Assembly (NCBI GenBank): GCA_016182385.1
Contig: JACPGV010000002.1
Location: 55,553-119,552, forward strand
Length of the DNA stretch: 64,000 nt
From: Candidatus Moraniibacteriota bacterium
Lineage (GTDB): Bacteria; Patescibacteriota; Minisyncoccia; Moranbacterales; UBA1568
Reading direction: 5' to 3'
Shown here: piece by piece, positions 1 to 12,790 of the stretch
How the letters are laid out: each line of letters begins with the position of its first letter
Position numbering within the stretch: position 1 is the stretch's first letter
Notes under the pieces: model-generated
Seen by the model: the letters and a program-made list of their open reading frames with translations, nothing else
The model's database searches: none
What the model was told of the DNA's origin: nothing
Program-made: the position numbers and the translations under genes

Positions 1-566
1 ATAATGGGAATAATGTCATCAAACATTAATTTTGCGGAGTCTGTGGCGCGTTTTAAATCAGAACAAAATACAACATCAAATTTTTTATTTTTTATTTTAT
101 TTTTTAGTTCGATTGATTGCTTTCTCCCTAATTCTGAGAGTTCGACGTCAAACCAGCCGGAAGAAATGCCTTTTTCATTATCGATCGTTGTGCCGTGAAC
201 GAAATAGGTGATATTGATTGTTGTGTTGGAAAATCGTTTGTGTGTGGTAACCCGATGAATATCTTGTTTGGTGGTTGCTGCGAGATCATCAACTTTTTTA
301 CACAATACCTCTATCTCCCCTTGGGCATTCCACACTCTTTCACGAACTGTTTGGTTGTCATCTGGCATATTGAGACCATCCAAAACGATTTCAAGAGCTT
401 GTTTCGCGCTTAAATTATTTTTTGTGGCGATGATATCAACTTGCTGAGCAACTTTTTTTCCGAGTTCAACGAGAACATCTTCGCTGAATGTTTCATTTTC
501 AAACGTTGAAAAGTCTTCTTTTTCCGGCGCAATACTCAAATCTCCGAATTGTTCCCGTTCGTTCAT
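1..566 (-). CDS. Histidine phosphatase / phosphoglycerate mutase-family protein with ~115-aa N-terminal extension (runs off window start)
   Basis: Not in ORF track. Manual translation from ATG at 566: MNEREQFGD...ITYFVHGTTIDNEKGISSGWFDVELSELGRKQS...FDVVFCSDLKRA. This matches the His-phosphatase pattern (xHG...N...GW.D..LS..G..Q...SDL.RA). Confidence 0.8.
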   Translation of the reverse strand, partial: MNEREQFGDLSIAPEKEDFSTFENETFSEDVLVELGKKVAQQVDIIATKNNLSAKQALEIVLDGLNMPDDNQTVRERVWNAQGEIEVLCKKVDDLAATTKQDIHRVTTHKRFSNTTINITYFVHGTTIDNEKGISSGWFDVELSELGRKQSIELKNKIKNKKFDVVFCSDLKRATDSAKLMFDDIIPI

Positions 567-733
567 AATCCAAGCGATTTCTTGATTTCTTTGATGCGTT
601 CACTGCGAAGCACTTTTTCAAAATCGGTGATTACCTTATCCTGCTCTTTTTTGAGAGCCAGGAGGCGTTTTAAATAAACATGATAAATCTCTTCGATTTC
701 GGCAATACGTTTTTTTATTTCATCTGATTCCAT
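563..733 (-). CDS. Small 56-aa helical/coiled-coil hypothetical protein
   Basis: Manual translation MESDENKKRIAEIEEIYHVYLKRLLALKKEQDKVITDFEKVLRSERIKEIKKSLGL*. Its TGA overlaps the ATG of the next gene (ATGA coupling). Confidence 0.65.
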   Translation of the reverse strand: MESDEIKKRIAEIEEIYHVYLKRLLALKKEQDKVITDFEKVLRSERIKEIKKSLGL

Positions 734-845
734 AGAGGTATTTGAAAAGATACGTTCTCAGTATAGGGGAATCTTATTTTTTTGTGAAGATGGGAAAAAA
801 GGGTTTCTTATGGTATGATTTTCGTAATAATCATTGAAATATTTT

Positions 846-1646
846 ATGGAGTATTTTCGTATAGGGGAAGCACTTTCTTTCGGGTGGCGGATGTATAAGG
901 CTCATTTTGTTTTTTTGCTGGTGGTTATTGCTATCGGTTTTGCGACAAATTTGTTTTTTAGTCTGCTGCAAGATACTTTCTCCAATTCCGAGATGCATCT
1001 TTTGAGTTTCTTGACGATTGGTTGTTCTTTGGTTGTGAGCACGATTCTTCGTATGGGTCAGATGCGCATGTATTTGGATCTTGTTGATTTTCAAAAAGAA
1101 GATTCGTACGACACTATTTTTTCTCAACACAGGCTTTTTTTACGATACTTGTTGGCCGGAATCGGGTTCGCCGCGCTCATTGTTTTAGGAATGATTTTGT
1201 TTATCATTCCCGGCATTTACCTTGCTCTCACCTATCGTTTTTTTGGTTATCTTATCGTGGATAAAAATATGGGGGCCATGGATGCCCTGAAAAAAAGCGC
1301 GATTATTACGAAGGGTGTCAAATGGCGTTTATTCATTTTTTCTGGCATTCTTTTGGGTATCAATTTTCTCGGACTCCTCTTTTTTGTCGTCGGTCTTTTT
1401 GTAACGATTCCGCTTTCTGTTGTAGCAGACGTTTTTGTTTATCGAGCCCTTTCTCGTCGCTTGGTGGAGAGCGAATCCCAAAATACTCCTGTGCCAATAC
1501 CTGTCCCGGCTCCTTCTTCTCCTTCTACAGCTTCTTCCACACCGAATTTTTTAATGGAGAGCGGGAACGCTTCAGCGGATGCGGCGTCGCATCCCGATCC
1601 TATAGAGGATCTCTCAGTAAATCAGTCGCAAGAAACAAAAAAATAG
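846..1646 (+). CDS. Integral membrane protein (DUF975-like) with Pro/Ser-rich C-terminal tail
   Basis: Several hydrophobic segments and the family-like motif LFIIPGIY...IVDKNMGAMDALKKS...TKG.KW. Upstream TGGTATGAT extended -10 at 811-819. Confidence 0.75.
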   Translation: MEYFRIGEALSFGWRMYKAHFVFLLVVIAIGFATNLFFSLLQDTFSNSEMHLLSFLTIGCSLVVSTILRMGQMRMYLDLVDFQKEDSYDTIFSQHRLFLRYLLAGIGFAALIVLGMILFIIPGIYLALTYRFFGYLIVDKNMGAMDALKKSAIITKGVKWRLFIFSGILLGINFLGLLFFVVGLFVTIPLSVVADVFVYRALSRRLVESESQNTPVPIPVPAPSSPSTASSTPNFLMESGNASADAASHPDPIEDLSVNQSQETKK

Positions 1647-1661
1647 AATTTTTTTTGAGTG

Positions 1662-3470
1662 TTATTTTTGTGAGAGGACGAATGTTATTGTTTCCGGGAG
1701 GCGGAAGCGCGTACCGAAAGAAAGAAAATCTTGAGGTTTTTTGAGATTTTTATTCGGGGTGAAGTGTTTTTCGGAACTCTTTGCGATTGAAAAAGTGTTT
1801 CTTTTTGTTTCCGCGCGCCGCACAGTTTCCTCGATTTCTTTGAGAAGAGAGAGGGTTTCGTCTTCCGGCGAAGCACTTTCTTGAGGAGAAACAACCTCTT
1901 CCTCAGGTATTTCCGGCAGTGTTTCTGTGACGGGATCTAATGTTTCTTTGATTGAGGGATTGCTCTTTTCGGAAGAATGATATTGCCAGAGCCACTTCCC
2001 TTTTTTTGTTTTTTGATAAAGGACATTCTCTTTTATTGTTGTTGCGGATGTATATTTTATTTTTTGAATGGTCTCGCCATTTGGTCCGCGCAATTCCACA
2101 AGACCTTTTTTATTGGGAAGAGTAAAGAGGGCATCTTTTCTTGTCAGAGGGGCGCTTTTTTTTGCCCCGATAATGAAACTTTCTCTGATAGGGTGATTGG
2201 TGAGTTTTTTGGTGCCGGTAGCGATACTGAAATCTTTGAGGTCAACCTCTTTTTTTTCTTTGTTTTCGATGATGAGGTACTCATGATCGGCGTCTTTTCC
2301 TTGGGGATTAGGGGCAATGGCCGTAATACGGACGCGTGGAGGTTTGTATGAGGAGATAACAAGAGGAAAAGTTTCTTTGAGATCATCATGTCCATCGGTC
2401 GTGAGAAGCGTGACGGTGTAGGTGCCATTGTTTTCATAGAGGTGAGAGGTTTTTTTCTTGTAGCTTTTGTGACCATCGCCAAAATCCCACGTGTATTTCA
2501 ATGTATCGTTATCAATATCTTTTCCCTTGGCGTTGAATAGGAGAGGAACCTTGCTGAAGCCTTTTTTAGGAACCTTTTCTTTTGTTTCTGGAAGGGTGTT
2601 GAGGATATTTTCTTTTCCGGGCGTTGGTCTGCCTCCGCGCCATCCATTTAGCGTGTAATTGAGAGATACTCCTTCTTTGGTTTTTTCGTAGCTTAGCGAG
2701 TGCACGGGAAAGCCTCCTGCGTCAAAAAGCGAAAGACTTTCATTCGTATTGTTGAGAGAGAGCTTAAATATCTGATCGGTAATGACAAGGTATTCACCTT
2801 TTTTGATTATGGTTGTGTTGGGGAATATATATTTTCCCGTTTTGGCGCCGTCTCGGAGAGTCCATTTGGAAAGGTTTATTTCTTCCGTTCCAAAATTGTG
2901 AAGTTCGACAAACTCTCCCTCATCACCTTTTGTTTTTGGATTGGGAAAAATTTCATTGATACGAAGAGAAAAATTTTTCGGTTCCGGCGGAGTGGTTTTT
3001 GGTTCTTCGGATGGATCTGGTGGTAGGGAAGGGATGTCGCAAGGGGCACCGAGAGATTTTTTGTCGAGAAGTATATTGCTCTTGTCGTACAGGAGAATGG
3101 TGGTGTTGTCGGTGATATAGTATGAAGCGCCAGAATACTCGAGATCGGCATGACGAGAGGTTTTATATTTTGGGTGAGCGATAAGGAAAAATCCTTGGGG
3201 AGAAAGGATTCCTTGGAAGTGTTTGGTGCTTACCAGAGAACTTTCTTTACAGGTGTCACCGGAGAGTGTTTTTTTGGTGAGTTTAAAACCGGAAAGATCA
3301 ATCGTGTCGGTCGTTTCGTTTTTGAGACGAACAAATTCATCATCGGCGGAAACGCCGCTTATTTGTATCTCGCTTATCGTTACAGAAGGGTCAAGAGCAA
3401 AAGAGATATGAGGGGAAGAGAAAAAAGCAAGAAGGCTAATGATAAAAAAAGAGAAGGGATGTATTTTCAT
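1662..3470 (-). CDS. Secreted lamin-tail-domain (about 3 LTD) + PKD-domain surface protein
   Basis: Signal peptide MKIHPFSFFIISLLAFF. LTD motifs ISEIQ..DEFVRL, INEIFPNP..GEFVEL and ITAIAPNP..HEYLII. PKD motif YTWDFGDG...Y...GTYTVTL. Start trimmed from ORF-track 3806. Confidence 0.8.
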   Translation of the reverse strand: MKIHPFSFFIISLLAFFSSPHISFALDPSVTISEIQISGVSADDEFVRLKNETTDTIDLSGFKLTKKTLSGDTCKESSLVSTKHFQGILSPQGFFLIAHPKYKTSRHADLEYSGASYYITDNTTILLYDKSNILLDKKSLGAPCDIPSLPPDPSEEPKTTPPEPKNFSLRINEIFPNPKTKGDEGEFVELHNFGTEEINLSKWTLRDGAKTGKYIFPNTTIIKKGEYLVITDQIFKLSLNNTNESLSLFDAGGFPVHSLSYEKTKEGVSLNYTLNGWRGGRPTPGKENILNTLPETKEKVPKKGFSKVPLLFNAKGKDIDNDTLKYTWDFGDGHKSYKKKTSHLYENNGTYTVTLLTTDGHDDLKETFPLVISSYKPPRVRITAIAPNPQGKDADHEYLIIENKEKKEVDLKDFSIATGTKKLTNHPIRESFIIGAKKSAPLTRKDALFTLPNKKGLVELRGPNGETIQKIKYTSATTIKENVLYQKTKKGKWLWQYHSSEKSNPSIKETLDPVTETLPEIPEEEVVSPQESASPEDETLSLLKEIEETVRRAETKRNTFSIAKSSEKHFTPNKNLKKPQDFLSFGTRFRLPETITFVLSQK

Positions 3471-3567
3471 ACAGTCACTTTCTTGTAGCATAAAGGAGAA
3501 TGCGTGATCGTGCAATGATACTGTCTTGAACATATGGTACAAGACGTGATATACTGAAAAAAAATAT

Positions 3568-3903
3568 ATGGAAGAAAAAAAATCAACACGCACAATAAAA
3601 AAGAAAGAAGGGGGTGGAGCCTTTGGGATTTTTTTTGAAAGTATTTTCAAAAATATCCAGTCTTTTGTCGATGGTATTCTGGAAAGTTTGCATGAGGCGG
3701 CACATGTTTTTGCCAAACGTCTCTTGTGGGATTTTTTTCTTCTTGTTTTTGCCTGTGTCGGTATCGTTTTTTTGTTGGTGGGCATGACTCGTTTGTTGAC
3801 GATCATGTATCCGTTGCCAGGGGTTTCTGAAATGATCGTTGGTGGAATGATTTTGTTTATCGCTGGTGTGGTCTTTATGTGGGGGAGGCGAGGGAGGGCA
3901 TAA
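3568..3903 (+). CDS. Small 2-TM membrane protein (YqjE/holin-X-like)
   Basis: Amphipathic N-terminal region followed by two TM helices and a basic C-terminus. Lies next to a DUF883-like gene. Confidence 0.6.
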   Translation: MEEKKSTRTIKKKEGGGAFGIFFESIFKNIQSFVDGILESLHEAAHVFAKRLLWDFFLLVFACVGIVFLLVGMTRLLTIMYPLPGVSEMIVGGMILFIAGVVFMWGRRGRA

Positions 3904-3938
3904 TAGGGATAAAAAATAATTTTTAATATATTGAGAGT

Positions 3939-4181
3939 ATGACACGAAGTAAAGTTGGTTTTGCAGAAGTGAAAGAGAGCGTGGTAAAGGAGTTTGAAAA
4001 AAGTAAAAAAATGGCAGAACGGGAGGCTATGAAAATGAAAAAGGGTGTAGAGGCCTCACTCAAGAAAATTGATGAATACATGAAAAAAAATCCCGAAAAA
4101 GCGGCAGCTATTTCCGCGGGTATTGGAGCGGCTCTGGGAGCGGCGGTAGCACTTCTTATGACGAAGAAAAAAAAGAAATAG
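3939..4181 (+). CDS. DUF883/ElaB/YqjD-like tail-anchored protein
   Basis: C-terminal DEYMKKNPEKAAAISAGIGAALGAAVALLMTKKKKK, the typical 'Y...NP...+TM+basic' tail. Confidence 0.7.
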   Translation: MTRSKVGFAEVKESVVKEFEKSKKMAEREAMKMKKGVEASLKKIDEYMKKNPEKAAAISAGIGAALGAAVALLMTKKKKK

Positions 4182-4191
4182 GAGGAAGTAG

Positions 4192-4219
4192 CAAAAACCG
4201 GCGGTAAGCCGGTTTTTTG
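4192..4219 (+). terminator. Intrinsic terminator (bidirectional-looking)
   Basis: AAAAACCGGC-ggtaa-GCCGGTTTTTT. Confidence 0.75.
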
Positions 4220-4248
4220 TAAGGAAGCGATCGGTGTATAATGAAACT

Positions 4249-4989
4249 ATGGGTCTCATTGCCACACTGATAGCTTTTTTTCTTTGTATCCTGGGAGTAG
4301 GGTATTTTTACTTTGGCATGGATACGAAAGAGGTGACGGTTCATAATGAACAATCCGGCATAACAGGCGGGCTGGCTCGTTATGAAGAAACAAAAAATGC
4401 TGCGTTGGAGATAAAAGAGATTCTTGAACAAAAGGCATTGGATACCGTCGAAGAGGGAGTAGAAATTCATCAACAAGAAAAAGAGAATGTTCAAGAAAAG
4501 AAGGAAGAGAGTGGTAAAGAGGCGAGTGTACAGATCATCGAGCGACTGATGGGTTCTGGTTTTGAAGTGCCGAAAAATAAACGGAAGATTGATACGATTG
4601 TTCTCCACTCTTCTTATGATGCTTTGGGAAAAGATCCGTATGCTGTGGCGGGACTTATTAAGGAATATGAAGAATATGGTGTTTCGACGCATTATCTTAT
4701 CGATCGTAAGGGGGCGGTTTATCGGTTGGTGATTGATGAGAATATCGCCTATCACGCGGGAGCATCCAAAATGCCCGATGGCAGAGTTGACGCGAATAAT
4801 TTTTCTCTTGGTATCGAAATAATGAATACAGAAACTGAACAATATACCAAAGCGCAGCATGATGCTCTTCGTGCCTTGATTGCATATCTTAAAGATCGGC
4901 ACCCGATCGCTTTTGTCGTTGGTCATAAAGATATCGCTCCTCAGCGAAAAACTGATCCATGGAATTTTGATTGGAAAAAGTTGCAGTGA
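4249..4989 (+). CDS. Membrane-anchored N-acetylmuramoyl-L-alanine amidase (Amidase_2/AmpD family)
   Basis: N-terminal TM. Motifs IVLHS, STHYLIDRKG, AYHAG, NNFSLGIE, VGHKDIAPQRKTDP. Confidence 0.9.
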   Translation: MGLIATLIAFFLCILGVGYFYFGMDTKEVTVHNEQSGITGGLARYEETKNAALEIKEILEQKALDTVEEGVEIHQQEKENVQEKKEESGKEASVQIIERLMGSGFEVPKNKRKIDTIVLHSSYDALGKDPYAVAGLIKEYEEYGVSTHYLIDRKGAVYRLVIDENIAYHAGASKMPDGRVDANNFSLGIEIMNTETEQYTKAQHDALRALIAYLKDRHPIAFVVGHKDIAPQRKTDPWNFDWKKLQ

Positions 4990-5019
4990 TTTTTTGGGAA
5001 TTATTTTAAATAATCGTTT

Positions 5020-5316
5020 ATGGGATACGTGTTTTTTTTGGAAACCAAAAAAGAGGAGTCTTCTCTTTCGCTCGTACGGGAGGACGTGTTGATAGCGGCA
5101 AAGAAGTGGCGTGAATCACGGGATATGGGAAAACAGCTTTTTTCCGCGATAGATGAACTTCTTCTCCAATATGGCTTACAGGCCGGTGATATCGGTGATT
5201 TTGTTGTGCGATCTTCTTTGCCTTCAGTGTATACGGGAGTGCGTATTGCTGAGACAGTGAAGAAGGTGTATACTTTTGGTGTGATGCATCCTTCTTCCTC
5301 GACAACTTTGAAATGA
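5020..5316 (+). CDS. Short TsaB (YeaZ) N-domain-like protein
   Basis: LFSAIDELL..YGL...DI..F.V......YTGVRIA resembles the TsaB N-domain (normally GPGSFTGLRIG). Only 98 aa. Confidence 0.55.
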   Translation: MGYVFFLETKKEESSLSLVREDVLIAAKKWRESRDMGKQLFSAIDELLLQYGLQAGDIGDFVVRSSLPSVYTGVRIAETVKKVYTFGVMHPSSSTTLK

Positions 5317-5392
5317 AAAAAAGAAGGAGGGTGGGAAATATGATACAAGATTTTTCTTTTAGCGGCTTTTTAAGCCATTTTTTGGTTTTTAT

Positions 5393-5421
5393 TTGACAAG
5401 AAAAACAAACATTGTTACACT
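5393..5421 (+). promoter_or_regulatory. sigma70 promoter of rpoB
   Basis: TTGACA (5393-5398), 17-nt spacer, TACACT (5416-5421). Confidence 0.8.
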
Positions 5422-5427
5422 CAAACG

Positions 5428-5646
5428 TATTGTTTTGAAAAGCAGTTGACTTTCTGTCTCGTATCGCCTTTGGGTGAAAGGTCTATGGCGAGACCGAGTT
5501 GGAATCGTTGCTTAGAGAGAGCAGCTAATTTTTCCAACAGAATGGAGCGCATACACGCCCCTTATACCAAGTAAATAATTTATCCGATAATCTCACTTTC
5601 CCTACTTATCTTTATTGATAAGGAGTGTGGACGTGAGGGTGTTTTT
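5428..5646 (+). promoter_or_regulatory. ~220-nt structured 5' leader of rpoB
   Basis: Stems GTCTCG/CGAGAC, CCTTT/AAAGG, GTTGGAA/TTCCAAC, CTCAC/GTGAG and CTTATC/GATAAG between promoter and start codon. Confidence 0.55.
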
Positions 5647-9066
<3,420 letters not shown>

Positions 9067-9102
9067 CGTTTCACTCTCTTAAATCTTTACCACTACAATA
9101 TT

Positions 9103-12100
9103 ATGGAAAACATTACGAAGGTGAGTGATTTCGATAGCGTACGATTGACGCTTGCGAGCCCCGATCAGATTTCGGAGTGGTCGCACGGCGAAGTCACTAA
9201 ACCGGAAACTATCAACTACCGTACTCAACGTTATGAGCCGGATGGACTTTTCTGTGAAAAGATTTTTGGTCCATCCAAAGATTGGGAATGTTATTGCGGC
9301 AAATACAAGCGTATTCGTTATAACGGTATCGTGTGTGATAAGTGCGGTGTCGAAGTGACTCGATCTATCGTTCGTCGTGAGCGTATGGGTCATATCAAGT
9401 TGGCGACGCCGGTCTCGCACATTTGGTTTTTACGCGGTGTACCGTCAAAAATCGGTTTGGTACTGGGTATTTCACCACAAGATTTGGAGCGTGTCATTTA
9501 TTTTTCCTCCTATATTATTATGGAGGTCAATGAAAGCTTGAAGGCACAGACACTTGAACAGTTGGAAAAAGAATACAAGTCCAAACAGAAAGAGTTGAAA
9601 GCGAGCGAAAAGAATGAGAAGGCTTTTGAAAAAAATATTGAAGAGTTGAAAGAACAATACAGAACAACGAAAGAAGAGATTCGTAATCTTCGCTCCTATC
9701 AAATTCTTTCTGAAGTGGAGTATTTCAATCTCTCTAGTCGGTTTGGACAGGTTTTTACCGCTGGTATTGGAGCTGAGGCCATCAGAAAGATTCTTGAGAA
9801 AATCGATGTAAAGAAACAGTTGAAAGCGCTCAAGGAAGAGTTGTCGGAAAATGAGGCTACGGATCAGAAGAAACTTTTGCAACGATTAAAGGTTTATCAG
9901 GGGTTTGAAAAAGCCAATCTTCGTTTTGAGTGGATGTTGCCGACGGCTATTCCAGTTATTCCTCCAGATCTTCGACCAATGGTAGCTCTTGATGGTGGTC
10001 GTTTCGCTACTTCCGATCTGAATGATTTGTATCGTCGTATCATCAACCGTAATAATCGTCTTAAAAAATTGATGGCGATCGGAGCGCCGGAAGTTATTAC
10101 GCGTAACGAAAAAAGAATGTTGCAGGAAGCGGTAGACGCACTTTTTGATAACTCGGCTCGTCGTGGTCAGGCTTCAACTGCCGCGTCAACCGGTCAGCGT
10201 CGAGCGCTGCGCTCTCTAGCGGATGCTTTGAAAGGAAAACAAGGTCGCTTCCGTCAGAACCTTCTTGGTAAGCGTGTCGACTATTCGGGACGTTCGGTTA
10301 TCGTGGTTGGTCCGAAACTGAAGTTGCATCAGTGTGGTCTGCCGAAGAAGATGGCACTTGAGCTTTTCAAGCCGTTTATCATCAATAAACTCATTGAAAA
10401 AGAACACGCTCACAACGTTCGCACCGCCGGTCGGATGGTGGACGCTGAGGCTGAAGAGGCATACGAAATACTTGATGAGATTATTGAGCACCACTACGTA
10501 TTGCTTAACCGTGCGCCAACGCTTCATCGTCTTTCTATTCAGGCGTTTCAGCCGGTACTTATTGAGGGAAAGGCTATTCGTCTTCACCCGATGGTTTGTT
10601 CCGCCTTCAACGCTGACTTTGATGGTGACCAGATGGCGGTACACGTGCCGCTTACTGATCAGGCCCGTCATGAGAGTGCCAATATTATGCTCTCTTCCAA
10701 AAACCTCTTGAAACCTGCCTCCGGAGAGCCGATCGTTTCGGCAACACTTGATATGGTGCTTGGTATTTATTATCTCACTCATATTAAACCGGAAGGAAAA
10801 GGAAAAGGAAAAGCGTTTGGCACGATGGATGAGGCGATTCTTGCTCATCAGAACGGTATTGTGGATGTTAATGTAGCGATAAAGTTGTCATGGCAAGGTC
10901 GTATGATGGAAACATCTGTTGGACGGATTCTTTTGAACGATATTTTGCCGGAAAGCATGCGTTTCGTGAACGAAGAGATGATCAAAAAGGACCTGAAGAC
11001 CCTTATGGCGCGCATCCTTGAACAGTTGGGTCAGGATGAGGCGGCGAAGTTCGCTGATCGTTTGAAAGATTTGGCGTTTCGGGCGGTTTCTCGATCGGGT
11101 ATCAGCTGGGGAATGAATGATCTTGTTGTTCCGAAAGAAAAAGCAGAATATATGGCGAAGGCGGAAGAGCGTGTCAAAGAAGTGAAGGAACAATTTAACA
11201 TGGGACTTTTGACCAATGAGGAGCGAAAGAATCGTGTTATTGAAATTTGGAATGAAACAAAGAATCAGATAACTGACGCCGTTCGCGCCTCACTTGATAA
11301 AGAAGGCCCGGTCTATTCGATGGTTTATTCCAAGGCTCGTGGTTCCGAATCCGTTGTAGTACAGATGACTGGCATGAAGGGGCTTATGGCCGGACCGACC
11401 GGTGAAACCATTGAGCTTCCGGTCAAGAGCTCATTTAAGGAAGGTTTTAATGTTCTGGAATATTTCATTTCCACTCACGGTGCTCGTAAAGGCATGGCGG
11501 ATACCGCTTTGCGTACAGCGACTGCCGGATACCTTACTCGTCGTTTGGTTGATGTGGCTCAAGATATTATTGTGCGTGAAGAAGATTGTAAAGATAGCGA
11601 GGGTGTGTATCTCTATCGTGAGGATTCTGATGCGATCGGACAAAGCTATGCCGCTCGTATTGAAGGACGCGTGACGCTTGAAGCCGTCAAAGATCCTGAA
11701 ACGAAAGAGGTTATCGTAAAGAAAGGAGTGCTTATTACGAAGGTTGATGCCAAGAGCATTGAAGGAAAAAGTATTCCGAAGGTAAAGATTCGCAGTTTGG
11801 TGACGTGTAAATCTCGTCGTGGCGTTTGTCGTCTTTGCTATGGTGTCGATTTGGGAAGAAGTGCTCTTGTTGAACTCGGTGCTTCGGTCGGCGTGGTAGC
11901 GGCGCAAGCTATTGGTGAGCCGGGAACACAGCTTACGATGCGTACGTTCCATATCGGTGGTGTTGCTGGATCGGACATTACTCAAGGTTTGCCGCGTGTT
12001 GAAGAGATCTTTGAGGCGCGTGTCCCGAAAATGGAAGCGGTGCTCGCCGAAGTGGACGGTCAGGTAAAATCAATCGTGAAAGACAGCGTGAAAGTCGTAA

Positions 12101-12696
12101 AAATAACGATTGAAGGAAACGATAAGAAGACCTACGAGTATCAGGCTCCTGCCAATGTAGCTCTTCGTATCAAGGAAGGTGATTTGGTAGGAAAAGGGAC
12201 CGTTCTTTCCGAGGGTCACTTGGACTTGCGTAAATTGTTTACGGTTATGGGGCAGGAGGCTGTTCATCGATACATTATTCGTGAAATTGAAGAGATTTAT
12301 GCGGCTCAAGGTGAAGGCATCAATGATAAGCATATCGAGGTCATTATTCGTCAGATGATGTCACGTATCCGTATTGCCGATCCGGGATCGACCATTCTTA
12401 TTCCTGGTGACGTGGTGGAGCGTGATCAATTTGAAGAAGCTAATGAAGAAGCGAGAGGGAAAAATGATCGAGAGGCGATTGGTGAGTCAATGGTTCTGGG
12501 TATTACCAAAGTGGCGCTTTCGACAGAGTCATTCCTTTCGGCAGCATCCTTCATGGAAACTGCGCGTGTTCTCATTAATGCGGCTGTTGCCGGCAAAGAA
12601 GACCGCTTGCGTGGTCTCAAGGAAAACGTCATTATTGGACGTCTTATCCCGGCCGGTACCGGTTATCGTGGTCTTGAAGAGAAAGAAAAAAAGTAA
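9103..12696 (+). CDS. rpoC: RNA polymerase beta' subunit
   Basis: NADFDGD active site, Zn-ribbon CYCGKY..CDKC, GEPGTQLTMRTFH. Confidence 0.99.
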   Translation: MENITKVSDFDSVRLTLASPDQISEWSHGEVTKPETINYRTQRYEPDGLFCEKIFGPSKDWECYCGKYKRIRYNGIVCDKCGVEVTRSIVRRERMGHIKLATPVSHIWFLRGVPSKIGLVLGISPQDLERVIYFSSYIIMEVNESLKAQTLEQLEKEYKSKQKELKASEKNEKAFEKNIEELKEQYRTTKEEIRNLRSYQILSEVEYFNLSSRFGQVFTAGIGAEAIRKILEKIDVKKQLKALKEELSENEATDQKKLLQRLKVYQGFEKANLRFEWMLPTAIPVIPPDLRPMVALDGGRFATSDLNDLYRRIINRNNRLKKLMAIGAPEVITRNEKRMLQEAVDALFDNSARRGQASTAASTGQRRALRSLADALKGKQGRFRQNLLGKRVDYSGRSVIVVGPKLKLHQCGLPKKMALELFKPFIINKLIEKEHAHNVRTAGRMVDAEAEEAYEILDEIIEHHYVLLNRAPTLHRLSIQAFQPVLIEGKAIRLHPMVCSAFNADFDGDQMAVHVPLTDQARHESANIMLSSKNLLKPASGEPIVSATLDMVLGIYYLTHIKPEGKGKGKAFGTMDEAILAHQNGIVDVNVAIKLSWQGRMMETSVGRILLNDILPESMRFVNEEMIKKDLKTLMARILEQLGQDEAAKFADRLKDLAFRAVSRSGISWGMNDLVVPKEKAEYMAKAEERVKEVKEQFNMGLLTNEERKNRVIEIWNETKNQITDAVRASLDKEGPVYSMVYSKARGSESVVVQMTGMKGLMAGPTGETIELPVKSSFKEGFNVLEYFISTHGARKGMADTALRTATAGYLTRRLVDVAQDIIVREEDCKDSEGVYLYREDSDAIGQSYAARIEGRVTLEAVKDPETKEVIVKKGVLITKVDAKSIEGKSIPKVKIRSLVTCKSRRGVCRLCYGVDLGRSALVELGASVGVVAAQAIGEPGTQLTMRTFHIGGVAGSDITQGLPRVEEIFEARVPKMEAVLAEVDGQVKSIVKDSVKVVKITIEGNDKKTYEYQAPANVALRIKEGDLVGKGTVLSEGHLDLRKLFTVMGQEAVHRYIIREIEEIYAAQGEGINDKHIEVIIRQMMSRIRIADPGSTILIPGDVVERDQFEEANEEARGKNDREAIGESMVLGITKVALSTESFLSAASFMETARVLINAAVAGKEDRLRGLKENVIIGRLIPAGTGYRGLEEKEKK

Positions 12697-12719
12697 ACAG
12701 TGTGATGTTTTTTCTTTTC

Positions 12720-12754
12720 AAATCACCCTCTCAATACGAGAGGGTGATTTTTTT
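12720..12754 (+). terminator. Intrinsic terminator after rpoC
   Basis: AAATCACCCTCTC-aatac-GAGAGGGTGATTT followed by a T-tract. Confidence 0.85.
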
Positions 12755-12790
12755 GAAGAGAGACTCTTTGGTGTGGTATAATCACCCTAT

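Noticed and set aside
3471-3806. N-terminal 112 aa of ORF-track 1662..3806
   Set aside because: It overlaps the divergent gene at 3568 and its promoter. The signal peptide starts at ATG 3470.
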